Positions 31,119-44,229 of a DNA stretch of 64,000 nt are shown piece by piece (positions within the stretch are counted from its first letter, which is position 1; each line of letters begins with the position of its first letter). The DNA lies in assembly GCA_963827655.1 (NCBI GenBank), contig CAWHCF010000023.1:1-64000 (forward strand), in the 5' to 3' direction. A program made the position numbers and the translations under genes. The notes beneath the pieces are model-generated. The model was not told where the DNA came from. It saw only the letters and a list, made by a program, of their open reading frames with translations, and did no database searches. The stretch is from an uncultured Acidobacteriota bacterium. GTDB taxonomy: Bacteria > Acidobacteriota > UBA6911.

Positions 31119-32042
31119 ATGAAAATCTCCTCTATCGCCGCAATTATTTGTTCCGGCCTGCTGCTGAATACGCTGATCCGGCAGCCGCCGCCAGGTTCGG
31201 CGCAGGCGCGGAGCAAACCGCCCCAGATTGAATCCGGCCTGCTGGCCGAGCTTCGAGCCGGACGGTCGGTGATGTTCGTCGGCGCGCATCCCGACGATGA
31301 AACCACTCTCGGACCGTTACTAGCGCGGGCTTCGGAGCAAACCAAAGTCATCGTCGTCTGCTTCACCAAAGGCGAAGGCGGCGCGAACAAAATCGGCCCG
31401 GAACTGGACGCCATGCTCGGCGAAATCCGCGTGAAAGAACTGGCGGCTGCGGCCCGCGTGCTGGGCGTCGAGCATCGCATTCTGGGTTTCTGGAACGGAT
31501 TGCCCGGTGGGATGCGCAACCCTGAAAACCCCCGCGAGACGCCTGAACAGGCCATCGCCCGCTGGAGGCAGTCAGGCCGCGATCCCATGGGCGAGCTGGT
31601 CAAAGCCATTCGCCAGTGGCGGCCCGACATCATCATCAGCTTCGATCCCGAACAGGGTTTCACCGGCCACAAAGAACATCGCGCGGTTGGAATGCTGACG
31701 GCGTCGGCCTTTCAGGAAGCGGCTGACACCGGCAGATACGCCGAGCAGTTGAAGGAAGGATTGAAGGCGTGGCAGCCGCGCCAGTTCTATCAGGTGGTGA
31801 ACCTTTACCCCGACAATCCGCGCCTGCCACGCATTGACGGACAGCGCATCACCGAAGTGATTGACGGCAACCTGCGTTCGCCCAAGCGCGACAAAACCTA
31901 CGCCGAGATCGGGCTGGAAGCCTTTGCCAGTCATCCCAGCCAGTTTGGCCAGGACCTGGCGCAACCCGCCTTCGCAGCGCGCATCCGGCGACAGATCGAG
32001 CAAACCGCCGTGATCCTGGCGGCCCAAGACGGCCGTCGATGA
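31119..32042 (+). CDS. PIG-L/LmbE family deacetylase
   Basis: GAHPDDE, TKGEGG, GHKEH metal motifs; signal-like N-terminus. Confidence 0.88.
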   Translation: MKISSIAAIICSGLLLNTLIRQPPPGSAQARSKPPQIESGLLAELRAGRSVMFVGAHPDDETTLGPLLARASEQTKVIVVCFTKGEGGANKIGPELDAMLGEIRVKELAAAARVLGVEHRILGFWNGLPGGMRNPENPRETPEQAIARWRQSGRDPMGELVKAIRQWRPDIIISFDPEQGFTGHKEHRAVGMLTASAFQEAADTGRYAEQLKEGLKAWQPRQFYQVVNLYPDNPRLPRIDGQRITEVIDGNLRSPKRDKTYAEIGLEAFASHPSQFGQDLAQPAFAARIRRQIEQTAVILAAQDGRR

Positions 32043-33153
32043 CAAAACGCAGCCACCCCAACCCAGAGACTACTCGATCCCGTTGATTGACCTCGCTGGT
32101 GAAAAGCAACGGCAGGTGATTGTCGATCGCGAGCCGGGACAGTACCTCGGTCATCCTACGACGGTGTTGCTCGAGGACGGCAAAACGATCATCGCCGTCT
32201 ATCCGAAAGGCCACGGGCGCGGCGCGATTCAGATGAAACGCAGTACAGACGGCGGCTTGACGTGGTCGGAACGATTGCCCACGCCAAAAAACTGGGAGAC
32301 TTCGCTCGAAACACCGACGATCCATCGCGTGATTGACGCGCGGGGCAGGAAGAGGCTGATTGTCTTTTCCGGTTTGTATCCGATTCGGATGTCGGTTTCC
32401 GAAAACGACGGCAAAACATGGAGCGAGCTGAAACCCATCGGCGATGGCGTCAATCACTTCGGGGGCATCGTAGCAATGGGCTTCGTCGAAGCATTGAAGA
32501 CGGGCCAAGGCCATTATCTGGCGATGTTCCACGACGACGGACGGTTTTTCCGCAAGGACGGCAAGAAGACTCCCGTGATGACGCTCTATCAAACGATCTC
32601 GAAAGACGGAGGGCTGACGTGGTCCGAGCCGCAAGAGATTTTCAAATCGGATCAGATTCACCTGTGCGAGCCGGGGCTGATTCGTTCGCCGGACGGAAAG
32701 CAACTGGCGGTGCTGCTGCGCGAAAACAAACGAGACCGCAATTCGCATGTGATCTTCTCGGACGATGAGGCGAAGACGTGGATGCCACCGCGCGAATTGC
32801 CAGGCGCGCTGACCGGCGATCGGCACACCGGCAAATACGCGCCCGACGGACGGCTGTTCATCTCCTTCCGCGACACGACACAGGAGAGTCCGACGAAAGG
32901 TGACTGGGTCGGTTGGGTCGGGCGTTACGAAGACATTGTCAAAGGCCGCGAAGGCCAGTATCGCGTGCGGCTGATGGACAACCACAAAAACGACAAAGGC
33001 TGGGACGCCGACTGCGCTTATCCCGGCGTCGAGGTGCTCGGCGACGGCACGTTCGTCACTACGACGTATGGACATTGGATCGAAGGCGAGACGCCTTACG
33101 TCGTCAGTGTGCGGCTCACGCTGAAAGAACTTGACCGGAAGGCGAGCCAATGA
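32041..33153 (+). CDS. BNR/Asp-box sialidase-like glycoside hydrolase (5' end uncertain)
   Basis: Asp boxes STDGGLTWS, SENDGKTWS, SKDGGLTWS, SDDEAKTW; YLGHPTT, DCAYPG. Confidence 0.85.
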   Translation, partial: DKTQPPQPRDYSIPLIDLAGEKQRQVIVDREPGQYLGHPTTVLLEDGKTIIAVYPKGHGRGAIQMKRSTDGGLTWSERLPTPKNWETSLETPTIHRVIDARGRKRLIVFSGLYPIRMSVSENDGKTWSELKPIGDGVNHFGGIVAMGFVEALKTGQGHYLAMFHDDGRFFRKDGKKTPVMTLYQTISKDGGLTWSEPQEIFKSDQIHLCEPGLIRSPDGKQLAVLLRENKRDRNSHVIFSDDEAKTWMPPRELPGALTGDRHTGKYAPDGRLFISFRDTTQESPTKGDWVGWVGRYEDIVKGREGQYRVRLMDNHKNDKGWDADCAYPGVEVLGDGTFVTTTYGHWIEGETPYVVSVRLTLKELDRKASQ

Positions 33154-33243
33154 CTGACAGACTGGAACAAGACAAGAAGAATGTGATGGCGTTCTCTGAC
33201 AAGTCAATGTCAACCCGCCGAGGCCATTGAGAATATGTTGGAG
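33150..33243 (+). pseudogene. truncated 5' end of a SnoaL-like/NTF2 gene
   Basis: ATGA-coupled MTDRLEQDKKNVMAF then shifted QCQPAEAIE-YVG, resembling SnoaL-like N-termini; no continuation. Confidence 0.5.
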
Positions 33244-33452
33244 GCGGAGGGCGCGAAGTCACAGAGCGCCGCGCGTGGCGAGTGGGCGGCGACGCCGGCT
33301 TCACGCGCTATTCTCCGGCGTGCAGTTCGTCGCGGGTCACCTCGCGCAGGTTTCGTGGATATTTGCAAGCCCCGGGGATAGATCGTTCCTTGACAAGTCT
33401 ATGTGTCTCTGACATTGTGAGATCTGTTGGATATCCTGCAAATCGTAAGGCA

Positions 33453-33692
33453 ATGGCGTCTGTTACGAAGATCACAGCCAAGTATCAGGTTACATTACCG
33501 CGCGAGGTCCGCCAGGCCTTGAAGGCGAAGATTGGCGATCTGCTGGTGTTTGTCCGACAAGCGGACGGCACCTTCCGGGTTCGGTCCGTCCCGCCGCGCC
33601 TGACTCAAGCGTTGCGGCTGGCGGGAAAGGATCTGTCGCCTGACGATTTCCGGCGGGTCCACAAAGAGTTTGAAGAAGGATGGGAAAGATGA
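33453..33692 (+). CDS. AbrB/MazE/SpoVT family antitoxin
   Basis: TKITAKYQVTLPREVRQALKAKIGDLLVF; directly upstream of a PIN gene. Confidence 0.88.
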   Translation: MASVTKITAKYQVTLPREVRQALKAKIGDLLVFVRQADGTFRVRSVPPRLTQALRLAGKDLSPDDFRRVHKEFEEGWER

Positions 33693-33698
33693 AGGGCC

Positions 33699-34151
33699 AT
33701 GAGGAATCCACCGCTGGCCTGTCTGGATGCAAACGTCTTCCTTGCTGTCCTCATTCCTGAATCAACCCGGGTTCCAAGAGAAGAAATCGCCGGGGCGGAA
33801 CGAGTGCTCGGAGCGCTTGAAGAAGGACAACTGCGAGGTATTTCGACTACTATTCTCTTCGGTGAGATTCGCTACGTGTATTTGAGAGAAAACAAGGCTG
33901 GCTTTGAAATCGCCTGCGCGGCCATCGAGGCAGAGGCAAATTTCCAGGCAGTGGCCATAACTGTGCCTCTTGCTATTCATGCGGCCGAACTCAGGAGAAA
34001 GTATTACTCCAAGAAGAATGCTTTTTCCTATAACGATGGTCTCTATCTAGCTACGGGCCTGGCCGAACATGCTGACCTTCTGATCACTACGGATCCTCAC
34101 CTCCTCAATACCGCTGATCTCAAGGCCATTCTGCCGAGCCAGTATCGATAA
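33699..34151 (+). CDS. vapC: PIN domain (VapC) toxin
   Basis: CLDANVFL, conserved E, SYNDGLYLAT, LITTD. Confidence 0.85.
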   Translation: MRNPPLACLDANVFLAVLIPESTRVPREEIAGAERVLGALEEGQLRGISTTILFGEIRYVYLRENKAGFEIACAAIEAEANFQAVAITVPLAIHAAELRRKYYSKKNAFSYNDGLYLATGLAEHADLLITTDPHLLNTADLKAILPSQYR

Positions 34152-34213
34152 GGCCTAATTCCTCTCCCGATCCTCGAAATCTGTCGGCGCATCCGCGCAG
34201 GCAAGAGCGTCCT

Positions 34214-35794
34214 TTACTTCTGAAGAAGGGTCCGGGCATGTGATTCCACTTCCATCGCTTCCTTATTTCGCTTCATTTTGCGAAGGGCGAGAGCGAGTTT
34301 CTGCAGAGAGTCAGCTAATTCCGGGTTCTCAGGTCCAAGGGTTTTTTCCAGGATGGCCAGTGCCCTTCGGTATAGCGATTCAGCTTCAGAATGGCGTTTC
34401 TGCGCGTAGCAAGTTGCCGCCAGCTTCAACAAAGTACGAGCTACCCACGGATGTTCCACGCCTAAGGCTTTTTCCCGGATAGCCAGCGATCGGCGGAGAA
34501 GCAGCTCAGCCTGCGCGTGCCGGCCCTGATCCTGTTGAAGCAGTGCGAGACTCTCCAGGCTGTGGGTCAAGTCGGGATGGTTCGGACCAAGAGCTTTTTC
34601 TCGGATGGCCAGTGCGCGCCGGTGGAGAAGTTCAGAGTTGACGGGCTGCCTTCGCGCCTGCACCAGGTTTGCCAGATTGTTAAGAATACTGGCCACTTCA
34701 GGGTGGTCTGGTCCTAGAGCTTTTTCGCACATGGCCAGGGATCGCCGCAAGAGCCGTTCTGCCTCGGCATAACGGCCTTGAATTCCATAGAGTGTTGCCA
34801 GGTTGTTGAGACCTATTGCCAGCTCTACACCTTCCCCCAATGCCTTTTCTCGAATCTCGGCGGCACGCAAAAAGAGGGGCTCTGCCTCGACATACCTTTT
34901 CTGTTCGTGATAGAGCGCCGCCAGGTTGTTTAGAGCGATGGCGACTTCGGGATGATGCGGCCCGTGGGTCTTCTCGATTATAGCCAGGGCCCGCCGGAAA
35001 AGTGATTCGGACAACACGTATTTTCCGAGAACACCGTAGAGCGTTGCCAGGTTGGTGAGAGTCGTCGCCAAATCGGGGTGCTGCAAGCCCAAAGTCTTTT
35101 CTTGCACCGCAAGAGCCCGGAGGAAGACTTGCTCGGCTTCTTCATACCGACCCTGATTGTGGTAGAGGACCGCCAGATTATTGAGCGTGCTGGCAACCTC
35201 GCGATGTTCCGATCCCAGGGTTTTCTCATTAATGGCCAGCGCTCGTTTGTAGAGCGGTTCCACTTCTTTATAACGGGCCTGGGCAGAGTACACGGCGGCC
35301 AAGCTATTCAGAGTCATCGCCACATCCGTATGTTCCGGACCCAGTGCCTTCTCACGGATGCCCAGGGATCGGCGGTAGTAAGCCTCGGCCTGATCGTACA
35401 AACGCTGATTAAGACAAACGAATGCCAGGTTATCTAGAACCGTGGCCAGGTCGGTATGATTCGTTTCCGGAATCGTGTCCCAAATAGTCAATGCCCTCTG
35501 AAGAAGCCTCAGGGCCTGGGTATACTTCCCCTGATTTCTGTACAGGGCGGCAAGATTGTTCAGACTATTCGCCAGACGAGGATTTCGAACTCCTGACTTT
35601 TCGGCCTCGCCCAGGGCCTCGAGGTAGCTCTTTTCAGCTTCCGCATAGCGGCCCTCCTTGCTGAGTTGATCACCGGCTTTGGTGGCTTTTTCCCAAGGAG
35701 TCTCTTGAGCCGCAATACCCGACCAGGAAGCCAGGGCTAAGGCTGTCACCAGGATCCAAGGGTTCCGAGATTCCTTGCTGCTGTCTTGGGCCAT
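34214..35794 (-). CDS. kinesin-light-chain-type TPR protein
   Basis: about 11 tandem 42-aa repeats LNNLAxLYxxQGRYxEAExLxxRALAIxEKxLGPxHPxVA; signal-like N-terminus. Confidence 0.9.
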   Translation of the reverse strand: MAQDSSKESRNPWILVTALALASWSGIAAQETPWEKATKAGDQLSKEGRYAEAEKSYLEALGEAEKSGVRNPRLANSLNNLAALYRNQGKYTQALRLLQRALTIWDTIPETNHTDLATVLDNLAFVCLNQRLYDQAEAYYRRSLGIREKALGPEHTDVAMTLNSLAAVYSAQARYKEVEPLYKRALAINEKTLGSEHREVASTLNNLAVLYHNQGRYEEAEQVFLRALAVQEKTLGLQHPDLATTLTNLATLYGVLGKYVLSESLFRRALAIIEKTHGPHHPEVAIALNNLAALYHEQKRYVEAEPLFLRAAEIREKALGEGVELAIGLNNLATLYGIQGRYAEAERLLRRSLAMCEKALGPDHPEVASILNNLANLVQARRQPVNSELLHRRALAIREKALGPNHPDLTHSLESLALLQQDQGRHAQAELLLRRSLAIREKALGVEHPWVARTLLKLAATCYAQKRHSEAESLYRRALAILEKTLGPENPELADSLQKLALALRKMKRNKEAMEVESHARTLLQK

Positions 35795-36060
35795 CGTGAT
35801 CTCGATCCTCCAAACACGCCTTCTTCTCGGCCCCCTCGAGTTATCGAGCGCGATCACGGCTGATCTGGTAATGCGAATCGCGACGAAACATTTGGGAGCG
35901 ATTCACGGACTCCCACGCGAGCCCTCTGCGCCGGCAACCCCAATCGACCTCAGCGCGGGTCCAGGTTTTTTAAGATTCTGGCTAACTCCGGATGTTCTGC
36001 TCTCCGGGGTTAAACCCCACGCATTTCTCAGTTTCACCCCAGTGAGTTAGCCGTTGTTCC

Positions 36061-37242
36061 TCAATCGAGCAGTTTCATGAAGGCCACGATGTCGGCCTGG
36101 TCCTGCGCCGTCAGGATCACCGCCGGGTCGCCATCGACCGAAGGGTCGGTGACAATCGCAAAGAAAATTGCGTAGTGCGCCGCGACGTCCTCGAGCGTCT
36201 TCGCAGAATTGTCGTGAAAGTAGGGCGCGGTGAGGCGGACTCCCCGGAGCGAAGGGATCTTGAAGGCGTCCACGTTATCGAAGGGGAAGATACGCGAATC
36301 CCCGGTGATGAGCGCCCGCCCGGGGTCGGGGCTTCTCACGACCGTCGTGGTTCCGTCCGGGTTTCTGAAAAGAAAATCCCTGACCGGGTTTCCGGCGGCG
36401 TTCAGCGCGGACACGAGCACGTCCTGAAAACGCGAGCCGGGCGGCAGCGGAAGGGGGAAAAACTGGTTGGTTTGGTTCAGCATGGGGCCGCTGTGGCACG
36501 TGGCACAGATCCCGGGCTTCGAGCTACCAGAGCCCCCGACATCCTCAAAGAAGAGCCGGCCTCGCCTTTCGGCGTCCGTCGCGCCCTGCGGCAACCCTGG
36601 AGCAGGACCTCCACGGGCGAATCGCATCAGCTCGCTCGAGGTGAAGAATGCGTCCGTCAGCTGAAACTGCGCGATCCGCCGGAGGTCGCTTTCGCTCGGT
36701 TCCTCGGTATGTTGAGTGTGGGCGCGAATGGCACCCAGGGCCTGGGTCTGGAGGTTGCGCTCACGCCCGTCGTACATTAGTACCGGGTCAAGCGCGGGCG
36801 TGTTGAGCGTGGTCGGAATACCCCGCCTCAGGACCACCGACCGGGCGCGAGGGTCATCGGCCAGGCTCACGTTCGGAGGCAGAGGTATTTCCATAAGGAT
36901 GGTTGCATCCGAGAGCATCCGCCTGACGCCGTGGCCAAGCCCGTCATCGCTGCCATCATGTACGAAAAGCGGATCCCTCGGATTCTCCGCGTGTCGCATC
37001 TGGGCGTCCCGCGGAGACACTGTTCCTGTGGTGCGGCTGTGGCAGGTCAGGCAGGTGCGCCCATTGCCTCCGAATGTCTCCCGCTCGAACAGGTGCTTGC
37101 CATCCTTCCGGTTGCCAACACTGTTGCCCTGTGCCGGGCTAGACCTGGAGCCTGTGATCGTGATCAGGCCAACTATCAATCCTGTAATGAGCAACGTCAG
37201 AAAGAATGACGGTTGTTCGTTTGAGGTTTTCAGGTGGTTCAT
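36061..37242 (-). CDS. di-heme c cytochrome (cytochrome c peroxidase/MauG-like)
   Basis: GNGRTCLTCH and CATCH motifs, FKIPSLRGVRLTAPYFHDNSAKTLEDV. Confidence 0.85.
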   Translation of the reverse strand: MNHLKTSNEQPSFFLTLLITGLIVGLITITGSRSSPAQGNSVGNRKDGKHLFERETFGGNGRTCLTCHSRTTGTVSPRDAQMRHAENPRDPLFVHDGSDDGLGHGVRRMLSDATILMEIPLPPNVSLADDPRARSVVLRRGIPTTLNTPALDPVLMYDGRERNLQTQALGAIRAHTQHTEEPSESDLRRIAQFQLTDAFFTSSELMRFARGGPAPGLPQGATDAERRGRLFFEDVGGSGSSKPGICATCHSGPMLNQTNQFFPLPLPPGSRFQDVLVSALNAAGNPVRDFLFRNPDGTTTVVRSPDPGRALITGDSRIFPFDNVDAFKIPSLRGVRLTAPYFHDNSAKTLEDVAAHYAIFFAIVTDPSVDGDPAVILTAQDQADIVAFMKLLD

Positions 37243-37661
37243 GACTTTGACCTTTCTTTCGGGTAGTTAAGCCTTTCAGCCACAAACGTTGAAGGCAGTC
37301 CGGTTCATCTCCTGAACAAACCGCGGTTGAATGCGTTACGGAAGTGCCGTTGGCCATGTTGGGTGTGCGTCGGCCTCTATACAGTAAAGCAATATTTCGG
37401 TGAGAAACGGATCACGCGGGGGCGACATTTTTAGTACGAGAGACGTTTTCTGTTGAAGCAGCCTTGCGGAATGACAAGTGGATTCAGCGCGAGCGCGCTG
37501 TTGCCGAAACGCGACGCGCCTTGGACCGAGCAGGGGGATTCTGGCCGCTATCCGCGGTCGAGCCCAAGTCGACTGAATCCGCTATTCATGCACCATGACA
37601 AAGAGATAAAATCGAACCACTCTTATTAAAGACCGGCTGACACAATCGGGCGGACGATGCG

Positions 37662-38222
37662 ATGCCAAAGGCTCAAGACCCGACCCAAATGCTCCTCGAC
37701 TTGACTGCCGGCCAGCGAGCGGCGCTGGACGAGTTAATGCCGCTTGTCTACGATGAACTGCGCCGGCTGGCCGATCGCTATCTTCAGAACGAGCGTCCTG
37801 ACCATACCCTGCAGACCACGGCGCTGGTGCACGAAGCCTATCTGCGACTGATAGATCAGACCGGCGTCAACTGGCAGAATCGAGCCCATTTCATCGGCAT
37901 TGCCGCCCATTTAATGCGGCAGATCCTGGTCAATCATGCCGTCGCTCATAAGCGGGGCAAGCGCGGAGGCGGCGAGTACAAACTGTCGCTGGAGGAAGCG
38001 GCTGATTGGCCGGACGAGGTCGAAGTGGACTTGATTGCGCTCGACGACGCTCTGAATGGGTTGGCCGCTATCGATGCGCAGCAAAGTCAGATCGTCGAGA
38101 TCCGCTTCTTTGGCGGGCTTACTGTCGAAGAGACGGCGGAAGCTCTCGGCCTGTCAACCGCCACGGTCAAGCGCGAGTGGCGCACAGCCAAGGCCTGGCT
38201 CCATAACCAGATCAAAAGATGA
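37662..38222 (+). CDS. ECF sigma factor (kinase-associated, TIGR02999 type)
   Basis: LVYDELRRLA, HTLQTTALVHEAYLRL, WQNRAHF, KRGG, TVKREWRTAKAWL. Confidence 0.92.
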   Translation: MPKAQDPTQMLLDLTAGQRAALDELMPLVYDELRRLADRYLQNERPDHTLQTTALVHEAYLRLIDQTGVNWQNRAHFIGIAAHLMRQILVNHAVAHKRGKRGGGEYKLSLEEAADWPDEVEVDLIALDDALNGLAAIDAQQSQIVEIRFFGGLTVEETAEALGLSTATVKREWRTAKAWLHNQIKR

Positions 38223-38263
38223 ATGATTTTTGATCGATCACCAATCGGCCCAACGCCAGTCAT

Positions 38264-41019
<2,756 letters not shown>

Positions 41020-41298
41020 GCGGCAAGAATCTTGGCGGTTGCGCTCACGGCCTTTGTGCTCACAGAAGACGGCCTCGGGCACTGGCAAGCGGCCGCGTGC
41101 CTGAGCCGAGACACTTGTGCATCGCCCCTGACCGGCGCCTCGGAGCGACGTCGGGAGGAGCAGGCTTCAAATGATGTTGAGAGGCAGGCGTATGTCTACA
41201 TGAGCCTGACGGACGACCGGCAGCATTCGGCAACAATGAACCATAAGTCCGGAAAGGGCACTGTGGCGGAATTTTGGTATCACCAGCTGCGGCTAAGC

Positions 41299-42459
41299 TC
41301 ATTTGGATCGCTCAGCCATCTGGTGCAAGCGCTCGATCAGCCACGGGAGATTGCAGGAGGCCCGCTTCGCGTCGCCGGTAGGCTTGCTGGTTCTGGTGAC
41401 AAGAAATCTGCGCGTCGCGTCGATCATGTCGGCGGCTCTGTTCAGTGAGTCCATGTCCTCTGGACGGGGCGAGGACGTGAGTTTAACCTCGATGGCCCAG
41501 CGTTCGCGGCCGACCTCCAGGACCAGGTCCAGCTCGTAGTGATCGCTGGTCCGGAAGTAGTAGGGACGGACGCTCTCCCCGTGCGCGGACATTTCCCCGA
41601 TGATTTGTTCGATTACGAAGCCTTCCCAACTCGCCCCAACCCATGGCTGCGCGAGAAGCGACCGCTCGTCGCGGACGTTCAGCAGGGCATGTAGTAGCCC
41701 GGTGTCGCGCCAGTACACCCGGGGACTCTTGACAAGCCGCTTGCGGATATTCGCCTGATAAGCGGGCACGCGCCGGATTAAGAACGCTCCCTCGAGGTAG
41801 TCCAGGTAACTGTTCACCGTGTGGTAGGACAGCCCGAGGCTCTGGCCGACCTGAGATGCGTTCCAGACCTGCCCGTGCAGCGCCGCGAGCATCCGCATCA
41901 AGCGGTCCGTCGCCTGGGGTTTGCTCGGCAGGCCCCACGTAGGCAGGTCGCGTTGCCCCAACAGCGCCAGATAGTCCAGTTGCCACTGAGGATAGCGCGC
42001 GGGTTCCAGCACACCGCCATCGGGGTATCCGCCACAGAGCCACAGACGTCCGCGCGACGTTTTCGTGGCCAACTCGTTCCACAGGAGCGGCGTCAGTTCC
42101 ACCAGCGACAGGCGTCCCGCGAGCGACTCGGATACGCGAACCATCAACGAGGGTGAAACGGAACCGAGGAGAAGAAACCTCCTCGTTCGCTTGCGTTCCC
42201 GGTCGATCGCGCCGCGCAGGCGCGGGAACACCTCGGGCCAAGACTGGGCTTCGTCGAGAATGACCAGGTCGTTGGCAGCCGTCAGGTCGTCCATTTCAGA
42301 TCCGCCCGCAGCCGCTCGATTCCTGTTCCAGGTCGAAGTAGTCGCCCCCAAGAGAGAGAGCCAGGGTCGTCTTCCCGCACTGGCGGGGGCCAATAATGCA
42401 ACGGCCGGATATGAAGCCGAGCGCGTGAGTAACGCTGGCTGGACTTGTCGCGCAAGCAT
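41299..42459 (-). CDS. AAA+ ATPase with DUF4143 domain (indels near Walker A)
   Basis: GPRQCGKTT in a shifted frame (~42370-42395), ILDEAQ Walker B, ESLAGR, GGYP, KRLVKSPRVYWRDTGL, ELDLV...AIEVK. Confidence 0.88.
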   Translation of the reverse strand: MLARQVQPALLTRSASYPAVALLAPASAGRRPWLSLLGATTSTWNRNRAAAGGSEMDDLTAANDLVILDEAQSWPEVFPRLRGAIDRERKRTRRFLLLGSVSPSLMVRVSESLAGRLSLVELTPLLWNELATKTSRGRLWLCGGYPDGGVLEPARYPQWQLDYLALLGQRDLPTWGLPSKPQATDRLMRMLAALHGQVWNASQVGQSLGLSYHTVNSYLDYLEGAFLIRRVPAYQANIRKRLVKSPRVYWRDTGLLHALLNVRDERSLLAQPWVGASWEGFVIEQIIGEMSAHGESVRPYYFRTSDHYELDLVLEVGRERWAIEVKLTSSPRPEDMDSLNRAADMIDATRRFLVTRTSKPTGDAKRASCNLPWLIERLHQMAERSK

Positions 42460-42494
42460 ATTTTGTATTTTAGAATCGTATTTCTATTTTGCAA
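42460..42494 (-). promoter_or_regulatory. probable leaderless sigma70 promoter of the AAA+ ATPase
   Basis: minus strand TTGCAA-N16-TAAAAT, 7 nt before the ATG; no RBS. Confidence 0.55.
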
Positions 42495-42795
42495 GGATTC
42501 TCTTTATCGAGAGAAGGATAAGAGATGGCATAGCTGGGGCGTCAGATTGCGGGTCCATGGATCAATTCAGGATGATGCCCCAGGCGTCCACAACGTTCTT
42601 GTCGCGCGAAACGCGCGAGTGGCCGGAAAGACGAACCCCGCCGGGAGAACCGCCTTCAGATCATTTCGATGACTCTGCAGGAAGGCGTAAAACTGATTTT
42701 GGGGCGAGCAAGCCGCTCAGAGAAAGACGTAATGCGGGAAACAAAAATACCACCAGGACACTAAGACACGAAGAAACACCGGGAAGCTTTACGAT

Positions 42796-44229
42796 TCAGC
42801 CCTTTCTCAGTTTCTCCATCAGATCTGTCTTGCCCCCGACATCGGTCAGGCGGAAATTCCGCCCGAGGTAGGGATAAGTCAGCCTGGTGTGGTCCAGGCC
42901 GAGCAGGCCGAGAATCGACGCGTGCAGATCGTGCAAGTGGACCGGATCCTCTGCCGCCCGGAGACCGAGTTCGTCCGTAGAGCCAATGACCCTGCCGCCC
43001 TTTACACCGCCGCCGGCCATCCAGATCGTGAAGCCGTACGGGTTATGGTCGCGGCCATCCGAGCCGCCCGCGCCGCCGTCCGAAGTCGGGCTACGACCGA
43101 ATTCGCCGCCCCAGATCACCAGCGTGGAGTCCAGGAGGCCGCGGGATTTCAGGTCCGCAAGCAGCCCGGCGACCGCCTTGTCGGTCTGGGCGGCTCTGGC
43201 TTGATGGTTCTGGTCGCACTGCGTATGGCCATCCCAGTCGGTGGCGTTCATTCCATCGCCGTTCCACACCTGCACGAAACGGACGCCGCGCTCCACCAGA
43301 CGGCGCGCCAACAGACAGCGGCCGCCGAAGTCCGCGCTGATCGGATCGTCCAAGCCGTACAGCTTCTTGGTGGCTTCGGATTCGCTGCTGACATCAGTCG
43401 CTTCCGGCGCCGACATCTGCATGCGGAACGCCAGCTCGTAGGACTCGATGCCGCGCGGCCAGCTCCGAATCACGGTTCCGCGCATCGAGGTGCTGCTCGT
43501 TCATCGCCCGCAGAGTATCCAGCAGATCGCGCTGCTCCTCCTGATTCATGCCGGCCGGACGGTTGAGATTGAGGATCGGATTCCGGCCCGCCCGGAACGT
43601 CGTCCCCTGATATGCCGCCGGGAGAAACCCCTGCCCGTAAACCGCCGGACCGGACCGGACGCCCCCCTGGAGCAGAACCACGAAACCCGGAAGGTTCTGG
43701 TTCTCGGTCCCCAAGCCATACAGAATCCACGAGCCGAGGCTGGGCCGGCCAATGCGCGCCCAGCCGTTGTTGATCAGGAACTGCGCCTGCGAGTGCGTGA
43801 AGCCCTCGTGGTAGCAGGAGCGGATCACGGCAATGTCATCGACTCGTTGCGCAATGTGAGGAAACAGATCCGACACTTCGAGGCCGGACTGCGCCATATT
43901 TCTTGAAAGTCCGTTTGGAGCCGAGGATCACCAGGTTCCGGAATTTGCCGTTCTGGAAGTCTTCATCGCCGAAGCTCGCCGGCGGGTGCTGGCCGTGGAG
44001 CTTGGTCAGCAGCGGTTTCGGATCGAAGGTGTCGACCTGGCTTGGCCCGCCCTGCATGAACAGATGGATCACGCTTTTTGCGGTGGCGGGTAGCGGCGGC
44101 GTTTTCGGAGACAGCGGACTGGGTGTGCTTGCCACGCCGGCTCGATTGCAACAAATCCATCGCGCGAGCCAGGCCAGATCCGAGGCCTGACGTCTGAAGG
44201 AACTTCCGGCGCGAACTGTCAATCGACAT
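42796..44229 (-). CDS. DUF1501 domain protein, second copy (multiple frameshifts)
   Basis: [64 protein letters not shown]. Confidence 0.88.

Noticed and set aside
34214-35794. 126-bp periodic DNA repeat as a non-coding array
   Set aside because: Fully explained by 42-aa TPR coding repeats.
42751-42776. CACCAGGACACTAAGACACGAAGAAA-type short repeats (also ~46704-46735 and ~53060-53085)
   Set aside because: Short degenerate intergenic repeats, too brief and irregular to support a system-level claim.
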